From Amphiscolops sp. MND2022 (lineage: Eukaryota), in the NCBI GenBank assembly GCA_964187785.1, contig OZ076409.1, positions 95,668,001 through 95,732,000 on the forward strand: a DNA stretch of 64,000 nt. Direction: 5' to 3'. Both the position numbers and the translations under genes were made by a program. Of the stretch, positions 1 to 8,380 are shown one piece after another (the first letter of the stretch is position 1; each line of letters starts with the position of its first letter). The notes below the pieces were generated by a model. That model was not told the DNA's origin. It saw only the letters and a program-made list of their open reading frames with translations, and did no database searches.

Positions 1-2
1 TA

Positions 3-308
3 CAAAAATGCATATTCGAACATTACTGCAAGGAGGATTCTGAAGAACATTATCATTACAGTTGTCCAAAGTGTGACGCTGATTGTCTTGTGCAGGGTAT
101 TCCTTTTAAGGATCAAACGCAGCAGGCAATCCTAAAAGATGCTGGTATACATTCATTCAGAACCAAGACGACAAGGGATTACGAGCGAGAACAAAAAGAA
201 CGAGTCGGAAACGACAAAGGAATGGAATTCCTACGACAATTCCTTAGAAAAAAACCAACCAATCAACGCTCAGAAGAACCACCTGCAAAAAAGATCAAGT
301 CCATGTAG
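3..308 (+). CDS. 5'-truncated Polinton ORF with Cys/His cluster (possible zinc finger) and C-terminal NLS-like motif
   Basis: Frame is open from base 3: QKCIFEHYCKEDSEEHYHYSCPKC...; it ends PPAKKIKSM*. Confidence 0.5.
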   Translation, partial: QKCIFEHYCKEDSEEHYHYSCPKCDADCLVQGIPFKDQTQQAILKDAGIHSFRTKTTRDYEREQKERVGNDKGMEFLRQFLRKKPTNQRSEEPPAKKIKSM

Positions 309-429
309 GGAAATGGACGTGTCAAGTTCCTATTGGCTGTTCAATATCCTTACAAAGTCATTTTTCAAGCAACTAGAATTCATTTCATTTCAAACTTAAC
401 TACAATCAAGACGCTCTACAACAACAACA

Positions 430-1008
430 ATGTTCTTCTCAGTCTCCAACAACGGAACCCAGTGAACTCTGGACTTTTCACCGGACTCTGTCACAATCAT
501 AGTGAAAGATATGGTCCAAGACTTGACAATTTCCTCCTTGGAACTTCCAATCGCAGCCTTCAACTCTTTGATAAATCAAAGACAACAGTTCCTGGACAAC
601 CATTTAGCTCGCGTCCCCATAACTCCCAATCAGCAAGGGACGTGGGAGATGCAAGACGAGGTCCGGGCCAGCGTTGGTGACCACGATGTAAGCAGCGATT
701 TCGTTCCCAGTGACTTGGATGATATTCAGTTCCATTGGGAGAATCCGAACATAGACATGGATGCTGTGTATCGACCAGGCATTGATACTCCCTTCTCTCC
801 GTCACTGTTTGAAAACATTCCTGTTGCTGGAAGCGCAGACTACCCCATAGAGATTGACGATGAACAAGATAAAGAGAACGAGTACCCCACAACACCCGAG
901 TCGCAGAGACCACTGCAACCACCACCGCTGCATAGATCCCTGAGCCGTCCATTTGGGACACGACTGGAAAATATACCAAACTCTGTGTATCGTAGTTTGT
1001 TTGAATAA
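430..1008 (+). pseudogene. Acidic/Pro-rich Polinton accessory ORF, probably interrupted by an in-frame stop
   Basis: ATG at 430 (context ACAACAATG) is in frame with the 502-1008 ORF but TGA falls at 463-465. Low-complexity acidic product with a SIM-like PIEIDDE. It could instead start at ATG 511. Confidence 0.5.
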
Positions 1009-1074
1009 TTGTATTTATTGTGTGTATTAAATTGAATTTTTATTATTCACAATTTCTTTTTCAAATCAGTCGTT

Positions 1075-1323
1075 ATGAGTGAGACTCTAGCAAAAGTATT
1101 ATTAGGAGCGTTTTTTATTGTCATAACTACTGGATTGTTTATATATCAAGTAAGGACTACAGAAAAAGTGGGACGAAATCCCGACCCCTGCATTGAAGAG
1201 TACAAAGACTATTGTATGAACGAAGGAGAATGTTTTAGTCATGTGGAAGAAAACATTATAGGTTGCCTTTGTCCACCACTTTACGGAGGGAAACGCTGTG
1301 ATAAGTTCTTGTGGTGGTATTAG
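1075..1323 (+). CDS. Signal-anchored EGF-like protein (EGFR-ligand type, viral growth factor-like)
   Basis: N-terminal hydrophobic helix VLLGAFFIVITTGLFIY, then C-x7-C-x5-C-x10-C-x-C-x8-C with YCMN and Y-x-G-x-R-C. Confidence 0.88.
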   Translation: MSETLAKVLLGAFFIVITTGLFIYQVRTTEKVGRNPDPCIEEYKDYCMNEGECFSHVEENIIGCLCPPLYGGKRCDKFLWWY

Positions 1324-1344
1324 GAATGTTAGTCTTGTGCAAAA

Positions 1345-1800
1345 CATTTCTCAATTAAAATCTGACACGTTGCAAAAATTTCAAGTTAAAATCAGACGCG
1401 TTGTAAAATTTTCCCAAAAAAAATACGACGCGTTGTAAAATTTTCCTAAAAAATACGACACGTTGTAAAATTTTCCCAAAAAAATACGACACGTTGTAAA
1501 AATTCTACTTTAAAATCAGACAAGAAGTAAAAATTTTTGCTTCAAAATCTGTCTTTTTAAAACTGTATCGCAAGTGCAAAATTTGTCGTTTTTACGGAGT
1601 AAAATGGGTAAAAACTTGTCTTTTTAAAAATAAAAACACCTTCCAAATCAGTCTTTTTAATTTTTTCATCTCGTGTAAAATGAAACACGTTGTAAAATTT
1701 TCCCAAAAAAAAATAAAACACGTTGTAAAATTTTCCCAAAAAAATAAAACACGTTGTAAAATTTTTCCAAAAAAATAAGACACGTTGTAAAATTTTACTT
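1345..1800. repeat. Polinton-internal non-coding array of ~30-bp units (ACACGTTGTAAAATTTTCCCAAAAAAATA), two clusters
   Basis: About 5 units at 1365-1505 and about 4 units at 1685-1796. Confidence 0.85.
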
Positions 1801-1831
1801 GTAAAAGTGTGCATTTTAATTTCAGTCAAAA

Positions 1832-2014
1832 ATGAGCAAGTGTTCCGACGACTTTTGTGACTTAGTAAAGTGGACGATTTATACTATTGGAGCATTCTTG
1901 TTGTTCCTACTAGCCGTTGCTGCAATTGCTGCTCTCATTGGTCTATTTATTGTCATGTTGAGACTTCCTATTGACCTCTACAAGTCTCATTTCGTTGAAG
2001 AAAACAGTGGTTAG
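1832..2014 (+). CDS. Small single-pass membrane protein (Polinton accessory)
   Basis: 60-aa ATG ORF with a long hydrophobic stretch (IGAFLLFLLAVAAIAALIGLFIVML). Confidence 0.6.
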   Translation: MSKCSDDFCDLVKWTIYTIGAFLLFLLAVAAIAALIGLFIVMLRLPIDLYKSHFVEENSG

Positions 2015-2015
2015 T

Positions 2016-2615
2016 TTACAAAGATTTAATTTTAAAAGATACTAAATTACTATCATAATTACCGTAACCATCTAAAAAACAATCTACAATTTTTATTAGT
2101 TCTACTTCAAATTTTGTCTTTTTAACTTGTTCAATCCTGTCTGCGAAAACTGATCCACTCGTCTGTGTTGAAATTGTCTTTTGCAACGAACTCAGTAAAT
2201 GTCTCTTGTATTTTTTACGCAACAATCTCTTTTTTGCTATACTCGGCATCCTTTCAATCGTCTTGTGGCGTTGATTGAATCGTACAGCTCGTTCAATATT
2301 GTCAAACACTTGTCCATTTTTGGTAACAATCTTTCCATCAAAGCGATACTTGAATAATGTATAAAGACAGTCGACCAATTGATATGTAAAACAAAAAGTG
2401 TCCAATTTTTCCATCAAGACATTGATATCCTTCTCTGCAATGAGCAAAATGTGATATTTACAATTGGGAACAGTACACTTGGAATCTTCGTGTTGTGCAA
2501 CACAATAGTCTTTGCTGACAAGATACTTTTCATATGTGTTTGCACAAATGTGTACACTCTTTGTAGAGTATACAGAGTAAAAATTTGGAACAACTTGCAT
2601 CATTACAGCAGCCAT
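2016..2615 (-). CDS. Polinton hypothetical protein, basic C-terminal half; likely start MAAVMMQ at 2615 (ORF open to 2768)
   Basis: Long minus-strand ORF, convergent with 1832-2014, with NLS-like KKRLLRKKYKRH. The upstream extension overlaps promoter-like motifs. Confidence 0.6.
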   Translation of the reverse strand: MAAVMMQVVPNFYSVYSTKSVHICANTYEKYLVSKDYCVAQHEDSKCTVPNCKYHILLIAEKDINVLMEKLDTFCFTYQLVDCLYTLFKYRFDGKIVTKNGQVFDNIERAVRFNQRHKTIERMPSIAKKRLLRKKYKRHLLSSLQKTISTQTSGSVFADRIEQVKKTKFEVELIKIVDCFLDGYGNYDSNLVSFKIKSL

Positions 2616-2676
2616 CTGAACGTTGTGTTTTTGTTGAACAAAATGAATCTGAAAAGATGGAATTGTTACCTTAAAA

Positions 2677-2859
2677 GGAATAGTCACGTGATTTCCATAA
2701 AAGGAAATGCAATCATTACCTAAAAAGGAAGGATGACATACAAATTTTGAATGACAGCGCACAAACATTACCTCAAAAGAAAATGTCTTCCTTTTATGGA
2801 AAACGAGGCGTAAACATTTCCAAATATGGAATAGTCACGTGACCAAAGTAGTATAAAAG
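2677..2859 (+). promoter_or_regulatory. Putative divergent viral promoter: duplicated GGAATAGTCACGTGA E-box plus TATAAAAG
   Basis: GGAATAGTCACGTGA at 2677 and 2828, GTCACGTGACC at 2834-2844, TATAAAAG at 2852-2859. It lies between divergent ORFs. Confidence 0.55.
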
Positions 2860-3004
2860 CAAGTACATTTTCATTTCCAATCATAATTTCATTCTGAATC
2901 GCTAAACAAAGTTGCCTGTTCCAGAACCCAACGACAACCTCGACGATTACTACGATCAACCCCTTCTCACCCAGAACTTACTCTTGACAAGAACCAGCCG
3001 CGAA

Positions 3005-3583
3005 ATGGAATCTGCAATGAATGCAACTTTGGACAAATCACTTTGCACCGACTTTGTGGACTTTGGCAAGCACCAAGACCGATTTGGACGATTTTCATGG
3101 TCCAAAAATGAAAAGAATTACTTGGAGGTGCAATTTAAAGTCTTTAAAAAAGACATTGCCAACGAATTCAAGCGATATCAATGTGTTTCGCTGGGACAAT
3201 ACGACTTTAAGCAGTTCTTGAGGTTGCGGAATCAGTTGATTGTTGCTGCCGACAACTTTACAAAGGAGGAAAATTTGCCTTACATCAATGTTGTTGGGCT
3301 GTCAAGAGACATTGACGAACAACTAAAGCACGTTCACAAAGTGATTGAGATTGCAGAGGGAGCCAAGCGCAAAGTGTGCGTTACATTGCTGCGCTACAAA
3401 GAGGACAATCCCGAAACATCCTACGCGCAGATACGACTCTTTACACGCAGGACGGAGGAAGAAAATTTTCAACAACTTGTCTATGTGAACTATAAAATTG
3501 ATGAATTTATATATTTACTAGATGTAATGAATTCTGTTTGTGATCAAGTACTTGATAACAAACCACTTTGTAATATTGTTTGA
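3005..3583 (+). CDS. Polinton protein with two PC4/Whirly-like (putative ssDNA-binding) repeats
   Basis: Two repeats of a beta-strand run followed by an amphipathic helix (...VQFKVFKK..VSLGQYDFKQFL; ...AQIRLFTR..VNYKIDEFIYLL). ORF is open from 2912; first ATG is 3005. Confidence 0.5.
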   Translation: MESAMNATLDKSLCTDFVDFGKHQDRFGRFSWSKNEKNYLEVQFKVFKKDIANEFKRYQCVSLGQYDFKQFLRLRNQLIVAADNFTKEENLPYINVVGLSRDIDEQLKHVHKVIEIAEGAKRKVCVTLLRYKEDNPETSYAQIRLFTRRTEEENFQQLVYVNYKIDEFIYLLDVMNSVCDQVLDNKPLCNIV

Positions 3584-3638
3584 ATAAATTGCAAATTCTT
3601 TTTCATACAACTTTCATTTTTCATTCAACCTAGTAAGA

Positions 3639-4052
3639 ATGAGTTGGAACATTGGGGAAAATAGAAGCTTGTTTCTCAGATTAAAAACAAAATTGGGATT
3701 TTATCATGTTGTCCTTACAACACCAAAATCATCTCCCACAAAAATTACTCTAACAATAGCCGAATTGCAACAATTACCAGAGCTCGAACAATGCGAGGAC
3801 GAAATTTCTTGCCTTAAATGGACAATTTACAATGGTAGACGTAAAATTTGCGTAGGATTTCAAACTGATACAGACAAAGTAGACATTGTAGTGTATCGTT
3901 ATCGCAATAATACGTACCTCAAGGATACTGAAATTGAATTAAAGCTAACAGAGTACAAGACACTACTTGCTAAACGATTGTATCTTTTAAGCTACTTGGA
4001 TACATTCTATAAGCGATGCATCGTATTGGATGTATCCACAATTCATAATTGA
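3639..4052 (+). CDS. Polinton hypothetical protein, PC4-like pattern
   Basis: 137-aa ATG ORF; RKICVGF..VDIVVYRY..EIELKLTEYKTLL resembles the PC4 strand-strand-helix pattern. Confidence 0.45.
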   Translation: MSWNIGENRSLFLRLKTKLGFYHVVLTTPKSSPTKITLTIAELQQLPELEQCEDEISCLKWTIYNGRRKICVGFQTDTDKVDIVVYRYRNNTYLKDTEIELKLTEYKTLLAKRLYLLSYLDTFYKRCIVLDVSTIHN

Positions 4053-4069
4053 GTTGTTTCTTACCCGAA

Positions 4070-4474
4070 ATGGACGTACTGTTTCTAGTCAACGTATTTC
4101 GCTTTTACTCTGGATTGAAAATTCGCTTTACAAAGAATACTGTACGTAAAAATTTGTTTCTTTGTGTATGTCATTGCTTGGACGAGAACATTTCACTCCA
4201 CGAAATGGACCAAGAATTTCCATTTGGAGGATTGATTGGTTATGGAGACTCTCACTTGGACAAAATTTTCCGTTTTTCCAAAGTGTTTAGACTACATGCA
4301 ATACTACATGACGCTGCCGGCGCTGTTTATTTACACAACGGCAAAGGTCCAGGATACTGTTATATGATTGGTCGAGGTCCAAACTCGTGTTTATTGGGTC
4401 ACGTGACTGGACTTTTGTATTGTCTCTACTTGAAATTGTTTGTTCCCTCCATTTTCAATTTGGTAGCCTTTTAG
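4070..4474 (+). CDS. Polinton protein with HD motif, possibly a divergent viral-type phospholipase A2
   Basis: GGLIGYGDS...HAILHDAAG...GPGYCY, with a hydrophobic C-terminus. The PLA2 assignment is only a motif resemblance. Confidence 0.45.
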   Translation: MDVLFLVNVFRFYSGLKIRFTKNTVRKNLFLCVCHCLDENISLHEMDQEFPFGGLIGYGDSHLDKIFRFSKVFRLHAILHDAAGAVYLHNGKGPGYCYMIGRGPNSCLLGHVTGLLYCLYLKLFVPSIFNLVAF

Positions 4475-4476
4475 TC

Positions 4477-4929
4477 ATGTCGCTTATAGTGTTGGATATT
4501 GAACTTGCGGAAAAGAATGTAGTCAAGGAATTGGGTGTTTATATTGACGGACAAGTGTTTGGATATTCCTTTAAACCACCCAAAAATTATCAACCAACAC
4601 ATCAAACACTCTGGTGTACCCAAAACTTGCACAAAATTGATTGGAAAAGTGGCTCACTGGACTATAGCCGTATCAACACCATGTTGGCTGAATTGCGACA
4701 ATACAGAGCCGAGTACTTTGCAAAAGGATTGGAAAAGTGTAAATTTTTGAGCACATTACTGGGTAAGGAAGTGGAAAACTTGGATGACTATGGTTGCCCC
4801 AAGATTCAACATTTAAACACTGACTGGCTGTGCACTAGCTATCCCTACAGACACAAGACAATTCTACACTGTGCTGAGCGGAAAGCAAAAGCGTTTGGAG
4901 AATGGGCTGTGCAACATTTCAATTTGTAA
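4477..4929 (+). CDS. DnaQ/DEDD-fold nuclease-like protein with C-terminal C..H..HC motif
   Basis: LIVLDIE (ExoI-like), VKELG, FKPP, LHKIDW.SG, AKGLEK, NLDDYGCP, C-x5-H-x4-HCA...W. Confidence 0.65.
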   Translation: MSLIVLDIELAEKNVVKELGVYIDGQVFGYSFKPPKNYQPTHQTLWCTQNLHKIDWKSGSLDYSRINTMLAELRQYRAEYFAKGLEKCKFLSTLLGKEVENLDDYGCPKIQHLNTDWLCTSYPYRHKTILHCAERKAKAFGEWAVQHFNL

Positions 4930-5043
4930 ATTTATTGTACGTCTTTGTATTACTCATTCATACTAATTTAAATTTTTTGTTCAACCAATTTTTTTTTCCA
5001 CAGGAGATTCATTCTTGAATATACACTCACGCTAGCAAGCTAG

Positions 5044-5298
5044 ATGACTGGGACCAACTTGAACTTGGAAAAAATTGTTTTTGACGGAAATAACAGTGAA
5101 CGAAAATCGTGGACGTGCGTGGGACAAACTTGCTCTAGATCATTAATTGTGTTCTTGTCCCAATTTTTTATCATTTTGTTGATAATTTTGGGGAGCTTTT
5201 GGAGAATTCATTTGGCAACAAGTTGTGAAGAATCTACAGTGTGGGTTGGAATTTCATGTAGCGCTGCAGGAGTCATTGTTCCAACCCCGAGACTATGA
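5044..5298 (+). CDS. Small two-helix membrane protein directly upstream of the packaging ATPase
   Basis: SWTC...LIVFLSQFFIILLII...CE...WVGI...G.IVP.P; stop overlaps the ATPase ATG (ATGA). Confidence 0.7.
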   Translation: MTGTNLNLEKIVFDGNNSERKSWTCVGQTCSRSLIVFLSQFFIILLIILGSFWRIHLATSCEESTVWVGISCSAAGVIVPTPRL

Positions 5299-6125
5299 AC
5301 AAGTTAATTTCCACCAAAAACCGTGTCTTTATGTCCATGGTTGGACCTAGTGAATCTGGTAAAACTCAGTTGATTTACGAATGGTTAACTAATGGAACAT
5401 TTCAACCCAAATTTGACAAGATTTATTTCTTTTACCAATATTATCAATCACTATACGACAAGATGCAAAAAGAAATTGATTGCATCGAGTTTGTCAAGGG
5501 AGTGAATTTTGAGTTGATTGATTCATTGAAAAACAACGGAACAAAGTATCTCCTCATTTTTGACGATTCTTGTGAGGAAGTGTGCAGTTCCAAAGAATTT
5601 GTCAAAATTGCTACTGCTGGAAGACACCGTGGACTTAGTACTATATACATTAAACACAACTTGTTCCACAAGAGCACGCTCGGACGCGATATAGAGCTAC
5701 AAACTACACACATTGCATTGTTCAAATCGCCCCGGGATGTTATGCAAATAAATACACTTAGTATTCAACTAGGACTAGGTTCCTCTCTCGTGGATTGGTA
5801 CAGAGATGCAACGTCTGTTCCTTTTGGTCATTTGCTCATTGATTTATCGCCGCGAACAGACGATAGATTACGTTACTGCACAAACAGTGGAAAGACTCCA
5901 TCAAAATTTTACGTGCCAGAGAGTTTGAAGCATTTGACAATTTTGGACGATGAGCACACAAAATCTCTCTATTCTCCACGCGTTCCAATCATTTTCCCGC
6001 AAGTGCAAAATTCAATTTCTCCAATCGTGTCCAAAAGAATTTATTCGGTTTCTAAGCGAGTGCATAGTAAACATACTCGAAGGAAACTTGCAAAACGTAA
6101 AAAGACATCACGTTATCAAATATAA
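5295..6125 (+). CDS. A32/FtsK-like genome packaging ATPase
   Basis: Walker A GPSESGKT, Walker B YLLIFDD, arginine-finger AGRHRG, and PFGHLLIDL. Confidence 0.95.
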   Translation: MNKLISTKNRVFMSMVGPSESGKTQLIYEWLTNGTFQPKFDKIYFFYQYYQSLYDKMQKEIDCIEFVKGVNFELIDSLKNNGTKYLLIFDDSCEEVCSSKEFVKIATAGRHRGLSTIYIKHNLFHKSTLGRDIELQTTHIALFKSPRDVMQINTLSIQLGLGSSLVDWYRDATSVPFGHLLIDLSPRTDDRLRYCTNSGKTPSKFYVPESLKHLTILDDEHTKSLYSPRVPIIFPQVQNSISPIVSKRIYSVSKRVHSKHTRRKLAKRKKTSRYQI

Positions 6126-6252
6126 ACGAGAGTTGCACTTACTCTCTTTAAAGCGAACTAATTGGAAGCAGAGACGAGATCTCTTGACGTCAGAGAGAGG
6201 TTTACAACTGGTTGATACCATTACCCCATTTGTCATTAATCACTTGTCTTGA
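5950..6252 (+). CDS. Small basic Polinton protein overlapping the ATPase 3' end (putative virion/core protein)
   Basis: EFIRFLSECIVNILEGNL followed by a basic helix, in the post-ATPase position seen in Mavericks. Confidence 0.7.
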   Translation: MSTQNLSILHAFQSFSRKCKIQFLQSCPKEFIRFLSECIVNILEGNLQNVKRHHVIKYKRELHLLSLKRTNWKQRRDLLTSERGLQLVDTITPFVINHLS

Positions 6253-6253
6253 T

Positions 6254-6730
6254 ATGGAACAGTTTGTTCTTGTACCTGCTTCACTTCTCAACAAGCTAAA
6301 CACAACAAAGTCCACGACGTTAAAAGTGGACCTACCCAAATATCAACCTCAACAAACTCCTACGTCCCAAGTTGATTCGCTGAAAAAGGATATAAACAAA
6401 AAGTTGTTTGCCAAGGCAGATTCATTGGTTGATAAACTTTTAGCATCCCCACGTATAAAGTTGTCTCTCTCTAACACTATCGTGCTAGACGGTACAGATA
6501 CTGGAGTACTGTTGCAAGATTTTGCTCAACATTTGCGTAGAAAAAACGCTGACGTACCCGACATTTACTTTACTTTACTGGACGCAGCAGACATTTCTCC
6601 TAGTATAGTCCTCAATCAGAATGCCAAAGCAAAAGAGAGGAAACTGGATCCCTTTCAAAATCTGAGCGACAAAAGCTTCAAAGACTATATACACATGGTC
6701 CTGCAGCATATGGCTCTGTGCGAAATCTGA
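6254..6730 (+). CDS. Polinton hypothetical protein (MEQFVLVP...); C-terminus probably frameshifted, ancestral end ...GNWIPFKI* at 6665
   Basis: ATG 6254 lies just after the previous stop. Restoring 2 nt in the AG run at 6634-6639 gives a Trp-containing end and repairs the integrase start. Confidence 0.65.
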   Translation: MEQFVLVPASLLNKLNTTKSTTLKVDLPKYQPQQTPTSQVDSLKKDINKKLFAKADSLVDKLLASPRIKLSLSNTIVLDGTDTGVLLQDFAQHLRRKNADVPDIYFTLLDAADISPSIVLNQNAKAKERKLDPFQNLSDKSFKDYIHMVLQHMALCEI

Positions 6731-7557
6731 CAAAAGCTAGCAAGCTACCCGTTTCCAAGGTTAGACAGTTTTTACATTCAAAAGACTCTTATACAAAATT
6801 TACACTTGCAACACGCAAGTTTAAACGTATGAGAGCGTTTGCTAGATACAAGAATGAAATTTGGTGCATGGACTTGGCATATGTTGATAAACTGGCAAAG
6901 GATAACAGAGGAATAAAGTACTTGCTAGTTCGCCAGGACGTGTTTGATAGAACAATAGACGTGAGAGGATTGAAAACAAAGGACTCTAAGGAGGCACTTA
7001 GAGCCTTTACGCAAATGATTACAAAGCGGAAAAGACCACAAAAGATTTGGGTTGCCAAGGGAAAAGAATTTGCTGGTGAATTTAAAAAGTTTTGCGACAG
7101 AGAAGGAATACAGATTTATTCAACAATGAGTGAAACAAAGGCAGCATTTGCCGAGAGAGCTATTCGTTCATTGAAAAATGTTTTGTATCGCTACATTGAA
7201 GACTATGGATACAAGTATATTCACAAGTTGCCTCAATTTGTTACAACGCTGAATACGAGAAGGAATAGATCAATAGATATGAAGCCGAGCAGTGTTAAAA
7301 ACGCTGACTTTATGTCTGTGCTATACAGTAAACCAATCAGAGACTTTAACAATCCAAAGTTCCACGTTGGACACCGCGTTCGAATTTCCAAGCAAGATTT
7401 ACCGTTCAGAAAAGGATACAAGCCGCAATTTACAAACGAAATTTTTAAAATTGTTGCACTTGCTACACGCAAACCGCCCACATATAATATACAAGATGAA
7501 CAAGGCGAAGTTATCAAGGGCAAGTTTTATGAAAAGGAGTTGATTAGAGTCATTTAG
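6621..7557 (+). pseudogene. Retroviral-type (rve) Polinton integrase, apparently inactivated
   Basis: LQRLY...AAYGS N-terminus, WCMDL (D1), IWVAKGKEF (D2 replaced by Ala, GCC 7054-7056), AERAIR (E), and C-terminal FHVGHRVRISK...KGYKPQFTNEIF. There is no in-frame ATG upstream of the N-terminal motif unless 2 nt are restored after ATG 6621. Confidence 0.88.
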
Positions 7558-7559
7558 TT

Positions 7560-8363
7560 ATGGATTCCTTTACAATAGAGTTGGTTTCTAATGCGTCATC
7601 TGAACTGTTTCCTGACAATACACTTAGTTCATTTACAAACTTTTTGCCAGATCAAGTCAATTTGGAAGGGCAATGGGAGGTTGCAATTTCGGAAATTTCC
7701 TACCCTTCAATGTACCAGAATGTTACAGATGGGAAATTTCTATTTTATGACGCAATTTACTCCAAAACGACAACAGCCTATTACTTGGAACCTGGGCTGT
7801 ATTCATCCGTACCCGACATTGTTGAAGCAATGAATTTGCTTATACAAGAGAGAAACAATCACAATGAAAGTTGCATTACTGTTAAAGTATCTCGTCGCAC
7901 ACAAAAAATTGAACTTTCACTCATTAGTGACGACTCTAGCCTAGTCATTTTCAGTACAGACTTGGGAAATATATTTGGTGGCGATGTTGGAGACGACAAG
8001 GGGATTTTGATGCGAGGTAAGGGACCTCATGAGCCAAAGTTTGCGTACGATATTGTTCGTATTCATTCGCTAATGATTTACACTGATATTGTGGAGTACA
8101 ACATTGTTGGAGACACAAAAGCACCCCTGTTGCGTTGCTTCCCTTTCATTTCCAAGCTGAAATCCGGAGACGTGATCACTACTGGACAATACATGAATTA
8201 CCAAACTTTTAGTAACCTTCAATTTCGTCGCCTATTGAAAAATTCCTTTCATAGTATACATATTGATCTGAGGGACACCTCGGGTGAAAAGATTCCATTT
8301 GTCTCTGTTGGAATCACACGTCTTGTGCTAATGTTTAGAAAAGTTTCAGACATTCATTACTAA
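7560..8363 (+). CDS. Minor capsid protein (penton, single jelly-roll)
   Basis: SFTIELVSNAS..LFPDNTLSSFTNFLP....LEGQWEVAISEISYP and IYTDIVE..IVGDTKAPLLR, typical of the Maverick minor capsid. Confidence 0.9.
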   Translation: MDSFTIELVSNASSELFPDNTLSSFTNFLPDQVNLEGQWEVAISEISYPSMYQNVTDGKFLFYDAIYSKTTTAYYLEPGLYSSVPDIVEAMNLLIQERNNHNESCITVKVSRRTQKIELSLISDDSSLVIFSTDLGNIFGGDVGDDKGILMRGKGPHEPKFAYDIVRIHSLMIYTDIVEYNIVGDTKAPLLRCFPFISKLKSGDVITTGQYMNYQTFSNLQFRRLLKNSFHSIHIDLRDTSGEKIPFVSVGITRLVLMFRKVSDIHY

Positions 8364-8380
8364 CAAAAACACTGTGCGAA

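Noticed and set aside
1345..1800. CRISPR-like appearance of the ~30-bp repeats
   Set aside because: Units are contiguous without unique spacers, there are no cas genes, and the context is eukaryotic.
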